A stretch of 64,000 bases of DNA. Source: Eledone cirrhosa. Its lineage: Eukaryota. A program made the translations under genes and the position numbers. The notes under the pieces were generated by a model that searched no databases, was not told where the DNA came from, and saw nothing but the letters and a program-made list of their open reading frames with translations. This document shows, piece by piece, positions 60,829 to 64,000 of the stretch (position 1 is its first letter; the number at the start of each line of letters is the position of its first letter). The stretch spans positions 1 to 64,000 of the forward strand of contig CAXHJY010000590.1 of NCBI GenBank assembly GCA_964016885.1, in the 5' to 3' direction.

Positions 60829-63270
60829 TTAATTAGGTTTATAATATTTAAATGTTTTTTTTAGTTTATGATTACACGATATAATTAATTCCTGTCGTTT
60901 ATTTAATAAGATATCCCTAGACTTCATTATTTCAAATAGTTCTTGGGAACATAATCTACATTCCTTTCTATTATTTTGATAAGGGGTGGCTCTTTTGAGC
61001 ACACTCCAGGTCAAATCATATTTTATATTCTTATTTTTATAACTATTGATTTTTTCTGCTAGAGATGTTGTATTAGCCAGTGCGGCATTTTTAAAACTAT
61101 GCTTGTGGGTATTAAACCTTGTCTTAAAATTGTTAGAGGTAGCTCCTATATATGAGCAAATAGAATCTTTAGTTTTAACATTACATTTATAGACTATGTT
61201 GTTAACAAGACAATTCCCTTTTAATGGGCAGTTTGCTTTGTTTCTACAGTTACATCCTTTCGTTAATTCTGTATTTGAGGAGATATTATGGTTAATTTGA
61301 TGTACTGGTGGTATACTTATGGTTTTCTTACATTTATATGCATTATATGCACTTATATTTTGTTTTATGTTATTTGTTGTAGAGTATGAGAATTTAACTG
61401 TAGACCTATTTAAGATTTGATGGTATTTGTGGTTTGGCGGGAAGTTTTTCTCAAGGATATAAAAAAATTTTTTAGCAATATTATCCTTAACTTGTAAATT
61501 AAAAGGAGCATTATACCAAGTAACTCGTCTATTACGGTTTCTATGTTGTTTATTATTTTTATTATTTTTATAGGTTGTATCGTGATTTTTACTAGGAGGA
61601 TTAATGTTAATGATCTCACCACAACTATTTTTAGTTATATTTGTAGATTTAGGTGTTTTATCTTTTTTATTAGGAGTTTTATTATTAATATTTATTATAG
61701 TTGTATGATGAGTAGTTTTTTGAGGGTTACTATACTTTATATTAGAAGATTTAGTATTTTGGGGTATATTGTGGGTGGCATTTAGGTGTGTACTTTTCAT
61801 TTGGTGTTTGTTGGTAATATTATGCTGTATGTTTTCAGTATTTTTAGTAGAAGGTATATACTCTAATCTATTTTTGTGGCCACTTCTATCTAGAGCTTCA
61901 TTATAAAAGGTCGCATTTTTATCAAATACATCTTGGTTAGAAGAAAGGTTAGAAATTCTAAGTGATATATTATATGCAAGGTTTTTAAGGATAGATTTAG
62001 GGTGATTAGATTGTGAGTGTATGTAATGTAAGTTTTGGTTAGGTTTATGGTAAGGTTGGTAGATACCCGTAGCTAAATCTAAAGTTATATCTAGGAAATT
62101 TACTACTTTACTTGTTTTTTCAAAAGTAATATTAAGATTATAATAGTCTTTAAGGAAAGTTCTAATATGTTTTTTGTTTTTTTCGATTTCTGAAAGGCTA
62201 AGGTTGTTAGAAAGAAGAAGACAGTCATCACGATATAAACCACCTTTGAGGTGGGGAAAAGAGGCATTTATGTTGAAAAGGAGAAAGAGGCCCACAAGAT
62301 CAGTAATTTGGGCGGAATCGCTTGAACCCATAGTAATATCAAAAAGATTACTGTATGTGTTTCTGGTCCAGTATTCATTCTGAAATTCAATAAGTGTTAG
62401 TCTAGCATGTGTAATAATGTTAATGTCATCCGAAGTTAAGCTAGATCTATTTTTAGCAAATATCAATGCTTTGTTCAGGAGTATAGGTGATATAGAAGAA
62501 TAGTAATTATCTATATCAAATTGTAGGAAAGAAGCAGAAGATTTACACCTAATATTTTTAAACCAGTTAATTACCTGGGAGGTGTTTTCCCAGAGTGGTA
62601 AAATAACGTGTTTTCTTATTTGTGGGATGACTCTATCTAAAATTTTTTTGCTAATTATTCCAATATCTGATTTGGAGGGACATATAAGTCTGATAGAAGG
62701 ATTAGAGTTAAAGTTAGATTTGTGATCTTTCAGGTTGAAATGTGGTCTTTTCAATGCCAAAGGTTCAGTTCTATCTTCAATGTTTAGTTTTTTTACTATG
62801 TTGTGTGTTTTGTTGTTGATGTTGGTGAGTGACACATTATTAGATTTTTTATAATTTTTTCTGAGTTCTTTATATATGAACTCATTATAATGTTCAATAT
62901 CCATATGATACAAGTTACCAGTTTTGTCCGAGTGGACATGGATTTTTTTAGACTTTTTTAGGTCCAATAGGGTAGAATCAAGGTCCTTTTGAAAGACGGA
63001 TTTATACTTTTTAAATTTGAGGTGTTTAATTAAATTAAAAAGGTCTTTCTCGAAGTCTTCAAGTAAAAAGTTGTGTGGTGGATTCTTGTAAGTATTGAAA
63101 TCATACATATATTTCCGATCTGCTTGTTTAGATTTTCTATCGAAGTGGTAGGCTCTCCATCTAACCCTTCTGATAAAATTATTAGTTTTCTGAATCATAA
63201 GGAGTAAGAAGTCGTCCTTAGAAGGTATTGGTATGTTTTTTAAGGAGGTTCCTAAATATTGTTTTTCCAT
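60829..63270 (-). CDS. Second intact PLE RT-GIY-YIG ORF
   Basis: Matches the first copy except for two amino-acid changes seen (KSIF/KSNF, NSYG/NSCG). Confidence 0.93.
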   Translation of the reverse strand: MEKQYLGTSLKNIPIPSKDDFLLLMIQKTNNFIRRVRWRAYHFDRKSKQADRKYMYDFNTYKNPPHNFLLEDFEKDLFNLIKHLKFKKYKSVFQKDLDSTLLDLKKSKKIHVHSDKTGNLYHMDIEHYNEFIYKELRKNYKKSNNVSLTNINNKTHNIVKKLNIEDRTEPLALKRPHFNLKDHKSNFNSNPSIRLICPSKSDIGIISKKILDRVIPQIRKHVILPLWENTSQVINWFKNIRCKSSASFLQFDIDNYYSSISPILLNKALIFAKNRSSLTSDDINIITHARLTLIEFQNEYWTRNTYSNLFDITMGSSDSAQITDLVGLFLLFNINASFPHLKGGLYRDDCLLLSNNLSLSEIEKNKKHIRTFLKDYYNLNITFEKTSKVVNFLDITLDLATGIYQPYHKPNQNLHYIHSQSNHPKSILKNLAYNISLRISNLSSNQDVFDKNATFYNEALDRSGHKNRLEYIPSTKNTENIQHNITNKHQMKSTHLNATHNIPQNTKSSNIKYSNPQKTTHHTTIININNKTPNKKDKTPKSTNITKNSCGEIININPPSKNHDTTYKNNKNNKQHRNRNRRVTWYNAPFNLQVKDNIAKKFFYILEKNFPPNHKYHQILNRSTVKFSYSTTNNIKQNISAYNAYKCKKTISIPPVHQINHNISSNTELTKGCNCRNKANCPLKGNCLVNNIVYKCNVKTKDSICSYIGATSNNFKTRFNTHKHSFKNAALANTTSLAEKINSYKNKNIKYDLTWSVLKRATPYQNNRKECRLCSQELFEIMKSRDILLNKRQELIISCNHKLKKTFKYYKPN

Positions 63271-64000
63271 TGTGATATGGATGATGGACAATTGAAAGAG
63301 CTCAACTAAATGTATATGGGTTTACAAAATCATACATATATATATGTTTATACATAAATATAAAATTAATACACACATACAGTACAAAAATACGAATATT
63401 TCCGTGAAAATAGGAGCAAAATTATGTAGATACATCTACCAAGAGTTTACGGTAGTGTCCAATCCGTATGAAGAACTCAATGTATTCCGGATATCATGGA
63501 AAGAAGAGATGTAATGAAAAACCACTTTCGGTGAAAGATAAACGGTATACAGAGTCAAGATAAAATATTAAACAAATAATGAATAAACAATTCCTTATAT
63601 TAAACAAAAAAAGTTCATTATTTAACGATGTTGTATGTATGTGTATGTATATTTAGATGTATGTGTATGTATATGTATATATATGTATATATATATATAT
63701 ATATGTGTGTGTATATATATATGGATATATATCTTTATTATTCATTTTTTATATATATGTGTATGTGTGTATGTGTTGCGTGTGTGTGTGTGTGTATATA
63801 TATATCTTTATATATGTGTATGTGTATGTTCGTGTAAGTGTATGTGTGTGTATGACTGTATATGTATGTGTGTATGTGTGTATGCGTAAATATTTCTATG
63901 TGCGCGTACATGTATGTATGTGTATATATCTGTATGTGTATGTATATTATATTATATTTATTATATTTTATTGTTTTATTTTTTTATTTTTCTTAATTTA

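Larger units (their letters stand above)
50059..64000 (-). mobile_element. Head-to-tail tandem Penelope-like element (units 50059-56906 and 56907-63420, partial third pLTR 63421-63629, then an inverted segment running off the window)
   Basis: Periods 6848 and 6514 bp; two intact ORFs; 63633-64000 is the reverse complement of ~57783-58150. Confidence 0.95.

Noticed and set aside
50059-63420. Tandem PLE as an assembly duplication
   Set aside because: Units differ by a SINE insertion, point substitutions and microsatellite lengths

Overview
AT-rich animal genomic DNA, most likely octopus/cephalopod (inferred from the SINE types and the long interrupted (TA)n arrays). About 40% is (TA)n/(TACA)n microsatellite, which explains nearly all long ORFs in the track. 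There is one host coding exon: a minus-strand LRR-Ig-transmembrane receptor (4264-6153). The rest is retroelements inserted into TA arrays: three CR1/L2-group LINE copies, a full-length RTE LINE with a PHD finger and 202-bp 5' monomers, RTE fragments, tRNA-derived SINEs and small MITEs. The most notable content is a set of Penelope-like elements (PLEs; RT plus C-terminal GIY-YIG, Hydra-clade-like): an intact head-to-tail tandem with a 5' inversion (50059-64000), a 6.7-kb palindromic copy (20187-26922), and three short non-coding perfect fold-back elements. Reading by eye finds 10 complete type I hammerhead ribozyme motifs from five sequence families. They include a U3-A8 covariant core and a version with a ~115-nt stem II. 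A sixth family has a half-hammerhead whose stem II is the fold-back axis. The fold-back elements share one architecture: inverted arm, hammerhead, unique structured 3' tail, (TA)n target. All structures were read manually; no searches or folding programs were run.
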